Below are positions 45,701-55,068 of a stretch of 64,000 bases of DNA, one piece after another. The stretch is from Faecousia sp. (GTDB taxonomy: Bacteria; Bacillota; Clostridia; Oscillospirales; Oscillospiraceae): the NCBI GenBank assembly GCA_045531275.1, contig JAZSDS010000008.1:20229-84228 (forward strand), in the 5' to 3' direction. Below the pieces are notes generated by a model that worked only from the letters and a program-made list of their open reading frames with translations, was not told where the DNA came from and did no database searches. Each line of letters starts with the position of its first letter. Within the stretch, counting starts at the first letter, position 1. The position numbers were made by a program, and so were the translations under genes.

Positions 45701-47074
45701 TTACAAACCACCTTTACTCATTGCTATCAGCGCTTCCTTAACAGCCTTTGCGTCATTAGGACGATACAGCTCATGAAGCACATAGATGTTTTTGCACGTT
45801 TCCACATCAATCAATTCTGCGGCGGTAGAGGAATCCTCACAGATAGCGATTTTAGACACATCCACCCCGGCAAGCTGTGCTCTAAGAATATGGTCCTTGC
45901 AGCGGGGACCACCAAAAACTATTTGCTTAATGGATGGGTCAGCCAGGGAGGAGTAATCGCAGTCATAAAGCCAGCAGGTGCTTTCAGAGTTGTTAATGTT
46001 GTCATCAAGATCGTCTACAATAATGATGGCGGCTTTGTCGGTTCCATCTGCTTTTGCTACATAATCGTAGCATCTTGCGCAGGCGATTGGGTTTTGACCC
46101 TTTGCCATCAGCATAGTAATATTTAAATCACCGGATATGATTGATTCAAATCTCGTTTTGACAATCTTGGACTGGGAAAAGCCTTTGGAAATTTGATCGT
46201 AGTTTAAGCCCAGTTCGTGCAGTAGCGCAATAACAGCGCCAAAATTATAAATATTAACGATGTTGTCGTTAATGAGTGTGTAAATCTCTTTGGTGTCATG
46301 GTATTCGACGGTGAAGGAGTTGTCGCTGCGATCAATGTCCGTAATTGTGTAATCAGGAATAGGTGATATAAAATCGCATTCAGAACAGTAATGTCTGCCA
46401 ATATGATTGTAGCGCACATATTCAGATTTTAGAAGAGCGCCGCAACTGGGACAGTATACAATATCTCGAATATGCTGAGGAACATTGATTTCCGGCTTTT
46501 CTGCCTCTAATCCAAAATAAACCCGATTGTCGTTATTTGGACCAAGGGTACCGGCAATAATATCATCAGCATTTAAAATCAGTTTTGTGGAATCAGGCAG
46601 TGCGCTGTTGATAATATAGCTGATGAATTCTGTGTGTGCGTTTCGCTTCAAAGAGTCACGCATTATGTTATTGCACACCAGATAATCCGGTTTCAGCTGG
46701 GGATAGATCAGCAGGGAACTACGCTCATCCACCTCTAAAACAGCAATATCCTTTTTCGGCTTACCCAAAAGTGTGGTATCTTCAATTAATGCAGAGATGA
46801 CACCTGCCTGTACATTGGATCCAAAGCTGTTGTTGGTGATGGAATAGCCGTTCTCAGTCAATATGGATGAGATCAGGTTGCTAACGGTTGTTTTGCCGTT
46901 AGTACCGGTTACTGCGATGACAGTCTTTGGAGGAGTGATGTGGGCTAAAAAATCTTTACAAAGACGAATAGCAACTTTTCCTGGAAAAAAGGTTGCATTC
47001 CGACCCAATAGCTTTAATAGGTTCTGAGCTGCTTTTGCAGCATATAAGGCGATAAAATACCGTATTTTTCTCAT
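45701..47074 (-). CDS. murT: MurT-like Mur-ligase-family protein (central domain plus Cys4 ribbon plus DUF1727-like C-terminus), divergent
   Basis: P-loop VTGTNGKTT, Cys4 ribbon CPSCG...CSECDF as in MurT, and C-terminal WLYDCDY (MurT has WIYDADF). Several MurT-conserved positions differ: DSLKRNAH where I remember DQMDRFGE. Confidence 0.75.
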   Translation of the reverse strand: MRKIRYFIALYAAKAAQNLLKLLGRNATFFPGKVAIRLCKDFLAHITPPKTVIAVTGTNGKTTVSNLISSILTENGYSITNNSFGSNVQAGVISALIEDTTLLGKPKKDIAVLEVDERSSLLIYPQLKPDYLVCNNIMRDSLKRNAHTEFISYIINSALPDSTKLILNADDIIAGTLGPNNDNRVYFGLEAEKPEINVPQHIRDIVYCPSCGALLKSEYVRYNHIGRHYCSECDFISPIPDYTITDIDRSDNSFTVEYHDTKEIYTLINDNIVNIYNFGAVIALLHELGLNYDQISKGFSQSKIVKTRFESIISGDLNITMLMAKGQNPIACARCYDYVAKADGTDKAAIIIVDDLDDNINNSESTCWLYDCDYSSLADPSIKQIVFGGPRCKDHILRAQLAGVDVSKIAICEDSSTAAELIDVETCKNIYVLHELYRPNDAKAVKEALIAMSKGGL

Positions 47075-47134
47075 GCTCTATCTTCCTTTTTGCTTTAGTA
47101 AGGGCAGTCACATACGCGACTGCCCTAATAAAGT

Positions 47135-48385
47135 TTACATGATTTCCATAAGTGATTTTTTAATGATGTTAAGACCCTTCAAAAGAAGTTCGTCCTCAAT
47201 AACCAAGGGAGGCATGATCTTAAGCACATTATTCTCACGGCCAACGCGCTCAATAATGAGGCCGTTGCGGAAACACGCCGCAATCAAAGGCTTAGTCATA
47301 TCCTTATCAAATTCTGAGAAATCTATGCCCCAGATCAATCCAATTCCACGAACCTGGATACGTTTGTCCATAGTTACGATATCGTTGTTGAGGTAGTCCT
47401 CTACGATTTTAGCCTTACGCTGGACTTCGGCTTCCAAGTTTTTGGTGGTATAGGTTTCCAAACCGGCTTTGCCTGCTACAAGGGATAGCTGATTGCCACG
47501 GAAAGTGCCGGTATGCTGTCCGGGCTCCCAGATGTCCAACTCAGGCTTAAACATAACAAGGGCAAGGGGCATACCACAACCACCGATAGATTTAGAAACA
47601 GTGACAATATCAGGAATAATATCGGCTCTCTCAAAGGAGAAGAATGTACCCGTACGACCGTTACCAACCTGAATTTCATCCGCAATCAGCAGTAGATCGT
47701 ATTTATCGCAGAATGTGCGAAGTCTTTGCAGCCACTGTGCGCTGAAGACATTAATACCACCGTCTGCTTGAACTGTTTCGAGAATAACTGCCGCAGGTTT
47801 TTCAACGCCGGAATGATCGTCTGTGATCAGACGCTCCATATAGGCAATAGTATCAAGCTCGGGGAACATATCAGGCGCAGGAATGTGGGTCACATTCTGC
47901 AGTGCCTGACCAGCGCCCTCACGGGAGGAACGGTCGGTGGTCAGAGCAAGGGAGCCCAGGGTCATTCCGTGGAATGCGCCCATAAACGCAAAGATGTTTT
48001 CACGCCCCTTAACCTTGCGTGCAAGCTTAATAGCGGCTTCGACAGCGTTTGTGCCGGTGGGACCGGCGAACTGGATCTTATAATTGAGACCTCTGGGGGC
48101 CAAAATGTTCTCCTGGAGATATGTCAGGAATTCGCGCTTTGGAGCAGTGTACATATCCATGGAGTGAACGATGCCGTCGGACTGCAGATATTGAATGAGT
48201 TTCTGATTGATTGCATCAGGATTGTGACCGTAATTCAAGGCGCCAGCGCCGGCAAAAAAGTCAACGTATTCCTTGCCGTTCTCATCGATCATAACAGAAC
48301 CTTTTGCCTTAGTGAAAACAGTGGGGAAGCTGCGACAATAGGACCGAACATTGGACTCGATATTCTCAAAAACAGATGTATTCAT
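47135..48385 (-). CDS. diaminobutyrate--2-oxoglutarate transaminase (class III aminotransferase, EctB/Dat family)
   Basis: The N-terminus FENIESNVRSYCRSFPTVFTKAKG, plus GAGALNYGHN, QFAGPTGTNAVEAAIKLARK, ADEIQVGNGRTGTFFSFE, VSKS and GTFRGN, match the DABA-aminotransferase signature. Confidence 0.8.
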   Translation of the reverse strand: MNTSVFENIESNVRSYCRSFPTVFTKAKGSVMIDENGKEYVDFFAGAGALNYGHNPDAINQKLIQYLQSDGIVHSMDMYTAPKREFLTYLQENILAPRGLNYKIQFAGPTGTNAVEAAIKLARKVKGRENIFAFMGAFHGMTLGSLALTTDRSSREGAGQALQNVTHIPAPDMFPELDTIAYMERLITDDHSGVEKPAAVILETVQADGGINVFSAQWLQRLRTFCDKYDLLLIADEIQVGNGRTGTFFSFERADIIPDIVTVSKSIGGCGMPLALVMFKPELDIWEPGQHTGTFRGNQLSLVAGKAGLETYTTKNLEAEVQRKAKIVEDYLNNDIVTMDKRIQVRGIGLIWGIDFSEFDKDMTKPLIAACFRNGLIIERVGRENNVLKIMPPLVIEDELLLKGLNIIKKSLMEIM

Positions 48386-48493
48386 GTATAATACTTCCTT
48401 TTGCGTTTTTTACGTGTTAACTATACCATAAGAGCGCTGCAAAATCAAGGGTAGATGTAATGCTGATTGCTAATAACATAGAATGAAAAACTA

Positions 48494-48522
48494 TTGACAA
48501 ACCAAATAAGACAAGGTATAAT
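48494..48522 (+). promoter_or_regulatory. consensus sigma-A promoter of tRNA-Leu
   Basis: TTGACA (48494-48499), a 17-nt spacer, then TATAAT (48517-48522). The tRNA starts 14 nt downstream. Confidence 0.8.
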
Positions 48523-48535
48523 GCAGAAGATGTTT

Positions 48536-48619
48536 GCGAGAGTGTTGGAATGGTAGACAAGCACGTTTGAGGTGCGTGTGGTTATCGCCGTGTGGGTTCG
48601 AGTCCCATCTCTCGCACCA
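48536..48619 (+). tRNA. tRNA-Leu (anticodon GAG), type II with long variable arm, CCA encoded
   Basis: Acceptor stem GCGAGAG/CTCTCGC, 3-bp D stem TTG/CAA, anticodon stem CACGT/GCGTG with loop TTGAGGT (GAG at 48569-48571), T arm GTGGG-TTCGAGT-CCCAT, and 3' ACCA. Confidence 0.9.
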
Positions 48620-48627
48620 CAAGAATG

Positions 48628-48657
48628 CAGTCTCCGCTTTCGCGGGGGCTGTTTTTT
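48628..48657 (+). terminator. intrinsic terminator after tRNA-Leu
   Basis: CAGTCTCCGC-TTTC-GCGGGGGCTG followed by TTTTTT. Confidence 0.8.
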
Positions 48658-48700
48658 ATATTAGAACAATATAATTTTAAATACATGCAGAGGTAAGCTT

Positions 48701-49432
48701 ATGACACGTTTTTTTGTAAGTCCCGAGGAAATACAATCGGATTTTTTTGTCCTTACTGGGGAAAATGCATCCCACGCAAAAGTATTGCGCCTAAAGTGTG
48801 GTGAAAAAGTGTCTGTCTGCGACGGCAACGGAAATGAATGTGTTTGTACGATTACCGATGTCAGCCAGGATCAGATAAGTTTAGTTGTAGATAAACGTAT
48901 GATTTCGGAGTCTGAGGCTAGGGTGCGTACAAGCGTATATATGGCATACGCAAAAGGGGACAAGCTGGAGCATGTAATTCAAAAAGCGACGGAATTGGGT
49001 GCATATGAGATTGTAGCATTTCCGTCTGCCCGTTGCGTATCGAGGCCCGATGAAAAGAGTATTCGCAAGAAGCTTGACCGCTGGCAAAAAATCGCAGCAT
49101 CTGCTGCGGAACAATCAGGCCGTGGAAGGATACCGGAGATAATTACACTGTCCAGTTATGAGTCTGCACTGAACCGAGCAAAACAGGCCGATATTGCTGT
49201 TTTGTTTTATGAAAATGAACGAGCAACGACTTTGCAGGCCACTTTAAAATCAAAAGGCTACACTACTGTCAGCTTGATGACCGGACCGGAGGGCGGATTT
49301 GAGCAGGCTGAGGTTGAAAAGGCTATCAATGCCGGATTGTCTGTCTGCACATTGGGCACCAGAATTTTGCGGTGTGAAACCGCACCGCTTTGTGCGCTGT
49401 CAGCAGTAATGTATGATTCCGGTGAGTTTTAA
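48701..49432 (+). CDS. rsmE: 16S rRNA (uracil1498-N3)-methyltransferase RsmE
   Basis: MTRFFVSPEEI, HAKVLRLK.GE, AEQSGRGRIPEI and GPEGGF motifs. Confidence 0.9.
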   Translation: MTRFFVSPEEIQSDFFVLTGENASHAKVLRLKCGEKVSVCDGNGNECVCTITDVSQDQISLVVDKRMISESEARVRTSVYMAYAKGDKLEHVIQKATELGAYEIVAFPSARCVSRPDEKSIRKKLDRWQKIAASAAEQSGRGRIPEIITLSSYESALNRAKQADIAVLFYENERATTLQATLKSKGYTTVSLMTGPEGGFEQAEVEKAINAGLSVCTLGTRILRCETAPLCALSAVMYDSGEF

Positions 49433-49461
49433 TAAAATTGACCGCCCGTAGGCGGTCAATT

Positions 49462-50406
49462 TTATTCCTCTTTTTCTTTGTAAGATAAAATCTCTTTTGC
49501 AATATATATGGGGCGATTTTTACTTTGCTCAAATGTCCTGCCTACATATTCGCCAATGATTCCAATGCAGAACAGCTGCATGCTGCCCAAAAACAGTATC
49601 AAAACGATGATTGTTGCATAGCCGGGGATATCTATTCCCATAATCAATTTTTCCAGAATTACGATCAACAGGTAAATCATTGCCGCGGCAGATGTTACCA
49701 TTCCCAGTACCGTTGCAATCCGCAGGGGGGTGGTAGAGTAGCCGATTATGCCATCAATGGCATAATTCAAAAGCTTCCTGAAATTCCATTTACTTTTACC
49801 GGCAGACCTTTCCAAAGCAGTATAGGGGATAAAATGTGTATTATAACCTACCCAGGCAAAAAGGCCTTTTGAGAAGCGATGATATTCTCCCATCGAGAGA
49901 ATGCTGTCAGCTACGCTTTTGCGGAAGGTCCGGAAGTCACTGGCATCCGCTTTCAGATTAATGCTGGAAAGTTTGTTTATGATCTTATAGAACGTTTTTT
50001 TGAAGAATGACAGAATCTTTCCTTCGCCCCGGCGGTCTTGATATGCAGCCACCATATCATAATCCGGATTCTCATCCAGGATCTGCACCATGTTTCTAAC
50101 AATTGAGGGATGCTGTTGCAGGTCAGCGTCGATTAGGGAAATATATTCGCCGGTAGCATGTTTAAGGCCGGCATACAATCCGGCTTCCTTCCCAAAATTC
50201 CTGGAGAAGCTGACTACCTTTACAGGGCATCGCTGTTCGTTAAACAGTTTGCGCAGCTGATAAAGTGTTGCGTCGGAGCTGCCGTCATCTATAAATATAA
50301 TTTCATAATCATAGCCACATCCGGAAAAAGCCTGGATCGTGGTATCTTGAAAATTAGATACATTTTCTGCCTCATTAAAGCAAGGTACGACCAAAGAAAG
50401 TTTCAT
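49462..50406 (-). CDS. family-2 glycosyltransferase, GtrB/polyprenyl-phosphate glycosyltransferase-like, with two C-terminal TM helices
   Basis: MKLSLVVPCFNE, IIFIDDGSSD and DADLQ (DxD) motifs, plus a C-terminal membrane anchor. Confidence 0.85.
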   Translation of the reverse strand: MKLSLVVPCFNEAENVSNFQDTTIQAFSGCGYDYEIIFIDDGSSDATLYQLRKLFNEQRCPVKVVSFSRNFGKEAGLYAGLKHATGEYISLIDADLQQHPSIVRNMVQILDENPDYDMVAAYQDRRGEGKILSFFKKTFYKIINKLSSINLKADASDFRTFRKSVADSILSMGEYHRFSKGLFAWVGYNTHFIPYTALERSAGKSKWNFRKLLNYAIDGIIGYSTTPLRIATVLGMVTSAAAMIYLLIVILEKLIMGIDIPGYATIIVLILFLGSMQLFCIGIIGEYVGRTFEQSKNRPIYIAKEILSYKEKEE

Positions 50407-50539
50407 TACAATCAACTCACTGTTTTAAATTTGTTATATTATATGCCATAAGGGGAAATCAGTCAAGAATTGTACCTGTTATTTTGGGTTTTTGGTTGAC
50501 AGAAACAGTAAAATGTGATATTTTTACACAAGTTAAATG

Positions 50540-50765
50540 TGTTGACAGGGAGTTATGTGCCCAAAAATCATTTTAGAGAGCACACGGTTGGTGAGAGTGT
50601 GTATGATTTGGTTCATTTGTCGCCCTTGAACAGATTGCCTGAAAGGAGTAGGGCAGTACGGGAACGCCCGTTATAGCGGATTGAGTGCCCGGTTACCGGG
50701 AATTCAGGTGGTACCACGGAAAGTAATTTTCGCCCTGAGCTTTTGCTCGGGGCTTTTATTTTTTA
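50540..50765 (+). promoter_or_regulatory. T-box riboswitch leader of valS (5' boundary approximate)
   Basis: Stem-I elements AGAGAG and GGTTGGTGAGAG (50575-50596). T-box sequence AATTCAGGTGGTACCACGG (50701-50719). Terminator GCCCTGAGC-TTTT-GCTCGGGGC plus a T-run (50732-50764). A possible GTC specifier lies at 50619-50621. A candidate promoter TTGACA is at 50496-50501. Confidence 0.85.
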
Positions 50766-50779
50766 AAGGAGTGTTTGCT

Positions 50780-53419
50780 ATGGCCAGAGAACTGCCTAAG
50801 GTTTATGAACCGCAGCAGGTAGAAAATCAGATCTACAAAATGTGGGAGGAGAATGGATACTTCCGTCCTGCACAGAACAAGGACGCAAAACCTTTCACCA
50901 TTGTTATGCCGCCCCCTAATGTTACCGGTCAGCTGCACATGGGACATGCAATGGATGCAACGCTGCAGGATACACTGATACGATTTAAGCGTATGCAGGG
51001 ATACAATGCGCTGTGGGTACCCGGTGTTGATCATGCGGGCATTGCAACCCAGATTAAAGTAGAAGAAGAGCTTCGTAAAGAAGGTCTGACCCGTTATGAC
51101 TTGGGCCGTGAAAAGTTCCTTGAGAAGGTATGGGATTGGAAGCATAAATACGGCAATCGTATTGTTGAGCAGCAGAAAAAACTGGGTGCATCCTGTGACT
51201 GGGAACGCGCAAGATTTACAATGGATGAGGGTTGCTCCAACGCGGTCCGCGAAGTCTTTGTTTCCTTGTACGAAAAGGGTCTGATTTACAAGGGCAGCCG
51301 TATTATTAACTGGTGTCCTAACTGCGTAACAGCACTGTCTGACGCCGAGGTTGAGTATGTTGATAAACCCAGCCATCTGTGGCATATTCGCTATCCTCTG
51401 GCGGACGGAACAGGTGAGGTTGTTGTAGCAACAACCCGCCCTGAGACTATGCTGGGTGATACAGGCGTCTGCGTTAATCCCAATGACGAGCGTTACACTG
51501 CTATTGTTGGCAAAAATGTTATTCTGCCCCTGGTTAATAAAGAGATCCCTATAGTTGCCGATGATTATGCAGAAATGGACTTCGGTACCGGCTGCGTTAA
51601 GATGACACCCGCACACGACCCCAATGACTTTGAGGTTGGCCTGCGGCATAACCTTGAGATCATCCGTGTGCTTGATGACAATGGTGTTGTGAATAACTAC
51701 GGCGGTAAGTATGAAGGACTGGACCGCTATGAAGCCCGGAAGCGGATCGTTGCGGATCTGAAGGAACAGGGTTATCTTGTTGAGGAAGAAGAATATTCCC
51801 ACAATGTGGGTACTTGCTATCGCTGTCATAACGATGTTGAGCCCATTATTTCTGCTCAGTGGTTTGTTAAGATGCATCCTTTGGCAGCGGAAGCAATTCG
51901 TGTGGTTAAGGAAGGGGAGACCAAGTTTGTCCCCGACCGCTTCAGCAAGACATATTTGAATTGGATGGAAAATGTGCGGGACTGGTGTATCTCCCGGCAG
52001 CTTTGGTGGGGACATCAGATTCCCGCATGGACCTGCGAGGAATGCGGTCATATTACTGTTTCTCGCGAGAATGCCTGCCAATGCGAGAAGTGTGGCAGCA
52101 CAAAGATTGAAAGAGATCCGGATGTGCTGGATACTTGGTTCTCCTCTGCACTGTGGCCCTTTGAGACCCTGGGCTGGCCTGAAAAGACGGAAGATCTGGA
52201 GCGTTTCTATCCCACAGATGTGCTGGTAACGGGTTATGATATTATTTTCTTCTGGGTTGCCCGGATGATCTTCTCCGGCTGCGAGCATACAGGGGAAACG
52301 CCCTTCCATACAGTGCTGATCCATGGTCTTGTCCGTGATGATAAGGGCCGCAAAATGTCTAAATCCCTGGGTAACGGCATTGATCCTCTGGAAATGATTG
52401 AAAAGTATGGCTGTGATGCACTGCGTATGAACATGGTTACCGGCAATTCTCCCGGAAACGATATGCGTTTCTACGTGGAACGCTGCGAAGCAATGCGCAA
52501 CTTTGCAAATAAACTGTGGAATGCTTCTCGCTATGTTATGATGAACCTGAACGAGGGTGCAAAAAATGGATTGCCTGCAACCTCCTGTCTGGAAATCGCC
52601 GACAAGTGGGTCCTGTCCAAGCTGAATACGCTGATCGCAGAAGTGACGGATAATCTTGAGAAGTACGAGCTTGGCGTTGCTGTTCAGAAGGTCTACGACT
52701 TTATTTGGGACACCTATTGTGACTGGTATATTGAATTGACAAAGGCCCGTCTGTATTCTGAGGACACAGAACGCAAGCAGACAGCAATTCAGGTTTTGGT
52801 GTATGTTCTGGATCAGATTCTTCGTCTGCTGCACCCGTTTATGCCGTTTATTACGGAAGAGATCTGGCAGTCAATTCCCCATGACGGTGATGCGCTTATC
52901 GTTGCAAAATGGCCTGAATTCAGCCAGGATCTCACATTTAAAGCAGAGTGCGATCAAATGGAGTCTGTCATGGCTGCTATCCGCGCTATTCGCAACCGCC
53001 GGGCTGAAATGAATGTTCCCCCCAGTAAGAAAGCAGCATTGTATGTTCTTACCGCTAAACCTCAGGTATTTACCGAGGGTGAGGGTTTCCTGCAACGCCT
53101 TGCCTATGCTGATGCTGTGACAATGCTGAGCACCGAACCTGATAATCTGGACGGAATGGTGACAATTACCACTGCTGATGCCAAGCTTTATATCCCTATG
53201 GGACAGCTGGTTGACGTAGCTAAGGAATTGGAGCGGATTGGAAAGGAATTGGAAAAGGCTAGAAAAAGCCTTGCCGGCATTGAAGCAAAGCTTTCTAACG
53301 AAAACTTTACTTCCCGCGCACCTGAGAATGTTGTCAATGCTGAGCGTGAAAAGGCAGCAAAAGCCCGGGATTTGATCATGCAGCTGGAAGAAAGTGAAAC
53401 TGCTCTTAAAAATATATAA
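50780..53419 (+). CDS. valS: valine--tRNA ligase
   Basis: [13 protein letters not shown] (HIGH), KMSKS and a C-terminal coiled coil. ATG 50780 is preceded by AAAGGAG. The ORF-track start at 50681 lies inside the T-box terminator. Confidence 0.95.
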   Translation: MARELPKVYEPQQVENQIYKMWEENGYFRPAQNKDAKPFTIVMPPPNVTGQLHMGHAMDATLQDTLIRFKRMQGYNALWVPGVDHAGIATQIKVEEELRKEGLTRYDLGREKFLEKVWDWKHKYGNRIVEQQKKLGASCDWERARFTMDEGCSNAVREVFVSLYEKGLIYKGSRIINWCPNCVTALSDAEVEYVDKPSHLWHIRYPLADGTGEVVVATTRPETMLGDTGVCVNPNDERYTAIVGKNVILPLVNKEIPIVADDYAEMDFGTGCVKMTPAHDPNDFEVGLRHNLEIIRVLDDNGVVNNYGGKYEGLDRYEARKRIVADLKEQGYLVEEEEYSHNVGTCYRCHNDVEPIISAQWFVKMHPLAAEAIRVVKEGETKFVPDRFSKTYLNWMENVRDWCISRQLWWGHQIPAWTCEECGHITVSRENACQCEKCGSTKIERDPDVLDTWFSSALWPFETLGWPEKTEDLERFYPTDVLVTGYDIIFFWVARMIFSGCEHTGETPFHTVLIHGLVRDDKGRKMSKSLGNGIDPLEMIEKYGCDALRMNMVTGNSPGNDMRFYVERCEAMRNFANKLWNASRYVMMNLNEGAKNGLPATSCLEIADKWVLSKLNTLIAEVTDNLEKYELGVAVQKVYDFIWDTYCDWYIELTKARLYSEDTERKQTAIQVLVYVLDQILRLLHPFMPFITEEIWQSIPHDGDALIVAKWPEFSQDLTFKAECDQMESVMAAIRAIRNRRAEMNVPPSKKAALYVLTAKPQVFTEGEGFLQRLAYADAVTMLSTEPDNLDGMVTITTADAKLYIPMGQLVDVAKELERIGKELEKARKSLAGIEAKLSNENFTSRAPENVVNAEREKAAKARDLIMQLEESETALKNI

Positions 53420-53432
53420 ATTATAATAACAG

Positions 53433-53473
53433 GAATGGCTTATAAACCACGGGTTTGTAAGCCATTCTTTTTT
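53433..53473 (+). terminator. intrinsic terminator after valS
   Basis: GAATGGCTTATAAACC-ACG-GGTTTGTAAGCCATTC followed by TTTTTT. Confidence 0.8.
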
Positions 53474-53549
53474 CTTGTCCCTGATTCCGACTGCAAATGA
53501 TTTCGGGAGTTTTTATACTAATCCTGTAATTACGGAAGGAGGACGTTTT

Positions 53550-53867
53550 ATGCGATTTACAAGTTTTTTGCAGGATGGACAGTTAACCGTTGTGCTCACC
53601 GGTGAAATCGATCACCACTGCGCTAAAAACTATATTTGCTCTATTGCTGCAAAAATTGAAGCCTATACACCCAGGGTGTGTGTTCTTGATTTTCAGGAAG
53701 TAACTTTTATGGACTCATCCGGTATTGCTGTTGTGATCAATGCATTACGGAATATGACACGGATAGAGGGTCAGTTGGTTTTAACCGGACTCAACGATCA
53801 ACCGTTAAAGGTATTCCGGACATCGGGTATCGATAAATTAGTTGAAATTAAGGAGGCAGTAAAATGA
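53550..53867 (+). CDS. spoIIAA: anti-sigma-F factor antagonist SpoIIAA (STAS domain)
   Basis: The STAS fold sequence with DSSGI contains the phosphorylatable Ser. GGAGG lies upstream of ATG 53550. spoIIAB-sigF follow. Confidence 0.9.
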   Translation: MRFTSFLQDGQLTVVLTGEIDHHCAKNYICSIAAKIEAYTPRVCVLDFQEVTFMDSSGIAVVINALRNMTRIEGQLVLTGLNDQPLKVFRTSGIDKLVEIKEAVK

Positions 53868-54295
53868 AGTTTGAAAACTATATGATTCTTGAATTTCCCA
53901 GTAAATCCGCAAACGAGGCATTTGCCCGATCGGCTGTTGCCTGTTTTGCAGCGCAATTAGATCCTACCCTGGAGGAATTGGGTGATATTCGTACAGCGGT
54001 TTCCGAAGCAGTTACCAACTGCATCGTACATGCATACCCCAACGATCTAGGTATCATAACATTGCGTTGTCGAATTTTGAAGGACAATATGCTGGACATT
54101 GTGATTAAAGATAAAGGTGTTGGAATTCGTGATTTGGATCAAGCCAGAAGACCAATGTTTACTACCGGCGGCGCGGATCGCAGCGGTATGGGATTTACAA
54201 TCATGGAAAGCTTTATGACCAGTTTTTCTGTTACCTCTGAGGCAGGCAAGGGAACGACTGTACATATGCGCAGAAAGCTGCAGCGACGCAAATGA
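53864..54295 (+). CDS. spoIIAB: anti-sigma-F factor SpoIIAB (Ser protein kinase, GHKL fold)
   Basis: N-box EAVTNCIVHAY and G-boxes DKGVGI and RSGMGFTIM. It overlaps both neighbours by 4 nt. Confidence 0.9.
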   Translation: MKFENYMILEFPSKSANEAFARSAVACFAAQLDPTLEELGDIRTAVSEAVTNCIVHAYPNDLGIITLRCRILKDNMLDIVIKDKGVGIRDLDQARRPMFTTGGADRSGMGFTIMESFMTSFSVTSEAGKGTTVHMRRKLQRRK

Positions 54296-54996
54296 GCAGG
54301 ACGGAGGAATTGATTTCCCGTTCCCAAAAAGGCGATGACGGAGCAAAAGAGGCCCTTGTACAAGAGAATTCCGGCTTAATTTGGTCTGTAGCCAGAAGAT
54401 TTGTTGGGCGAGGTGCGGAAGCGGAGGATCTGTATCAACTTGGTTGTTTGGGTTTCCTAAAAGCCGTGGATGGTTTTGATTTGAATTATGGGACACAGTT
54501 TTCAACTTACGCAGTACCAAAGATATCCGGAGAAATCCGGCGCTTTTTGCGGGATGATGGCGCCGTGAAGGTGTCCAGAGGCATTAAAGAGCGGGCGGCA
54601 ACAATAAAGATTGCACGCAATCAATTAGTTAATTCTCTCGGCAGGGAACCGACAATTCAGGAGATTGCTGTCCAAACAGGCTTCACTCCGGAAGAAATTG
54701 CCATGGCGGAGACGGCAACAGCTTGTGTGGAATCTATACAACAAGAAACTGGTGAAGATGGTTTTAGCCTTGAAAATATTCTTACTGACACAGAAACAGA
54801 AGAAGTTATGCTGGAACGCATTTCACTTCGTCAAGGCATTGAACGACTTCCGGAACGGGAGAAAACAGTCATACACTTGCGTTATTTTCATGCATTGACT
54901 CAGGATCGTGTTTCTAAGGTACTTGGCGTGAGTCAGGTGCAGGTATCCAGAATTGAAAAAAAGGCGTTAGCAAGATTAAAAGAGCTTTTGCGTTAG
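54292..54996 (+). CDS. sigF: sporulation sigma factor SigF
   Basis: Sigma-70 regions 2-4 (DLYQLGCLGFLKAVDGFD, YAVPKISGEIRRFLRDDG, QVQVSRIEKKAL), in the third position of the spoIIA operon. Confidence 0.9.
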   Translation: MSRTEELISRSQKGDDGAKEALVQENSGLIWSVARRFVGRGAEAEDLYQLGCLGFLKAVDGFDLNYGTQFSTYAVPKISGEIRRFLRDDGAVKVSRGIKERAATIKIARNQLVNSLGREPTIQEIAVQTGFTPEEIAMAETATACVESIQQETGEDGFSLENILTDTETEEVMLERISLRQGIERLPEREKTVIHLRYFHALTQDRVSKVLGVSQVQVSRIEKKALARLKELLR

Positions 54997-55068
54997 TTTT
55001 TCTTCTTTACCTTTTGTCTAAAATGCTGTAAAATGAATATAGATTACAAATGATAGACAGGTGTAAAA

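Noticed and set aside
47099-47128. An 11-mer, GACTGCCCTAA, shared between the murT-upstream hairpin and the right arm of the 19.9-kb inverted repeat.
   Set aside because: With about 70 possible 11-mers from the arms searched against both strands of 64 kb, about two chance matches are expected. No similarity extends beyond the 11-mer. This is not evidence for a repeat family.
48386-48700. tRNA-Leu as an integration site for a mobile element.
   Set aside because: No integrase or recombinase ORF is nearby, I saw no direct repeat of the tRNA 3' end in the window, and the flanking genes (rsmE, aminotransferase) are ordinary chromosomal genes.
50681-50779. The N-terminal 33-codon extension of valS given by the ORF track.
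   Set aside because: The extension runs through the T-box sequence and the terminator stem and U-run. ATG 50780 has AAAGGAG upstream and gives the normal ValRS N-terminus.
50756-52834. A 692-aa ORF antisense to valS. Similar ones lie at 1112-2692 and 2936-4186, antisense to purL.
   Set aside because: These ORFs lie in the codon-aligned antisense frame: their codon boundaries coincide with the sense codons. A stop there needs a sense TTA, CTA or TCA codon, and these highly expressed genes simply avoid those codons. The ORFs have no SD and no recognisable protein features, and the sense genes are unambiguous. They are shadow ORFs caused by codon bias.
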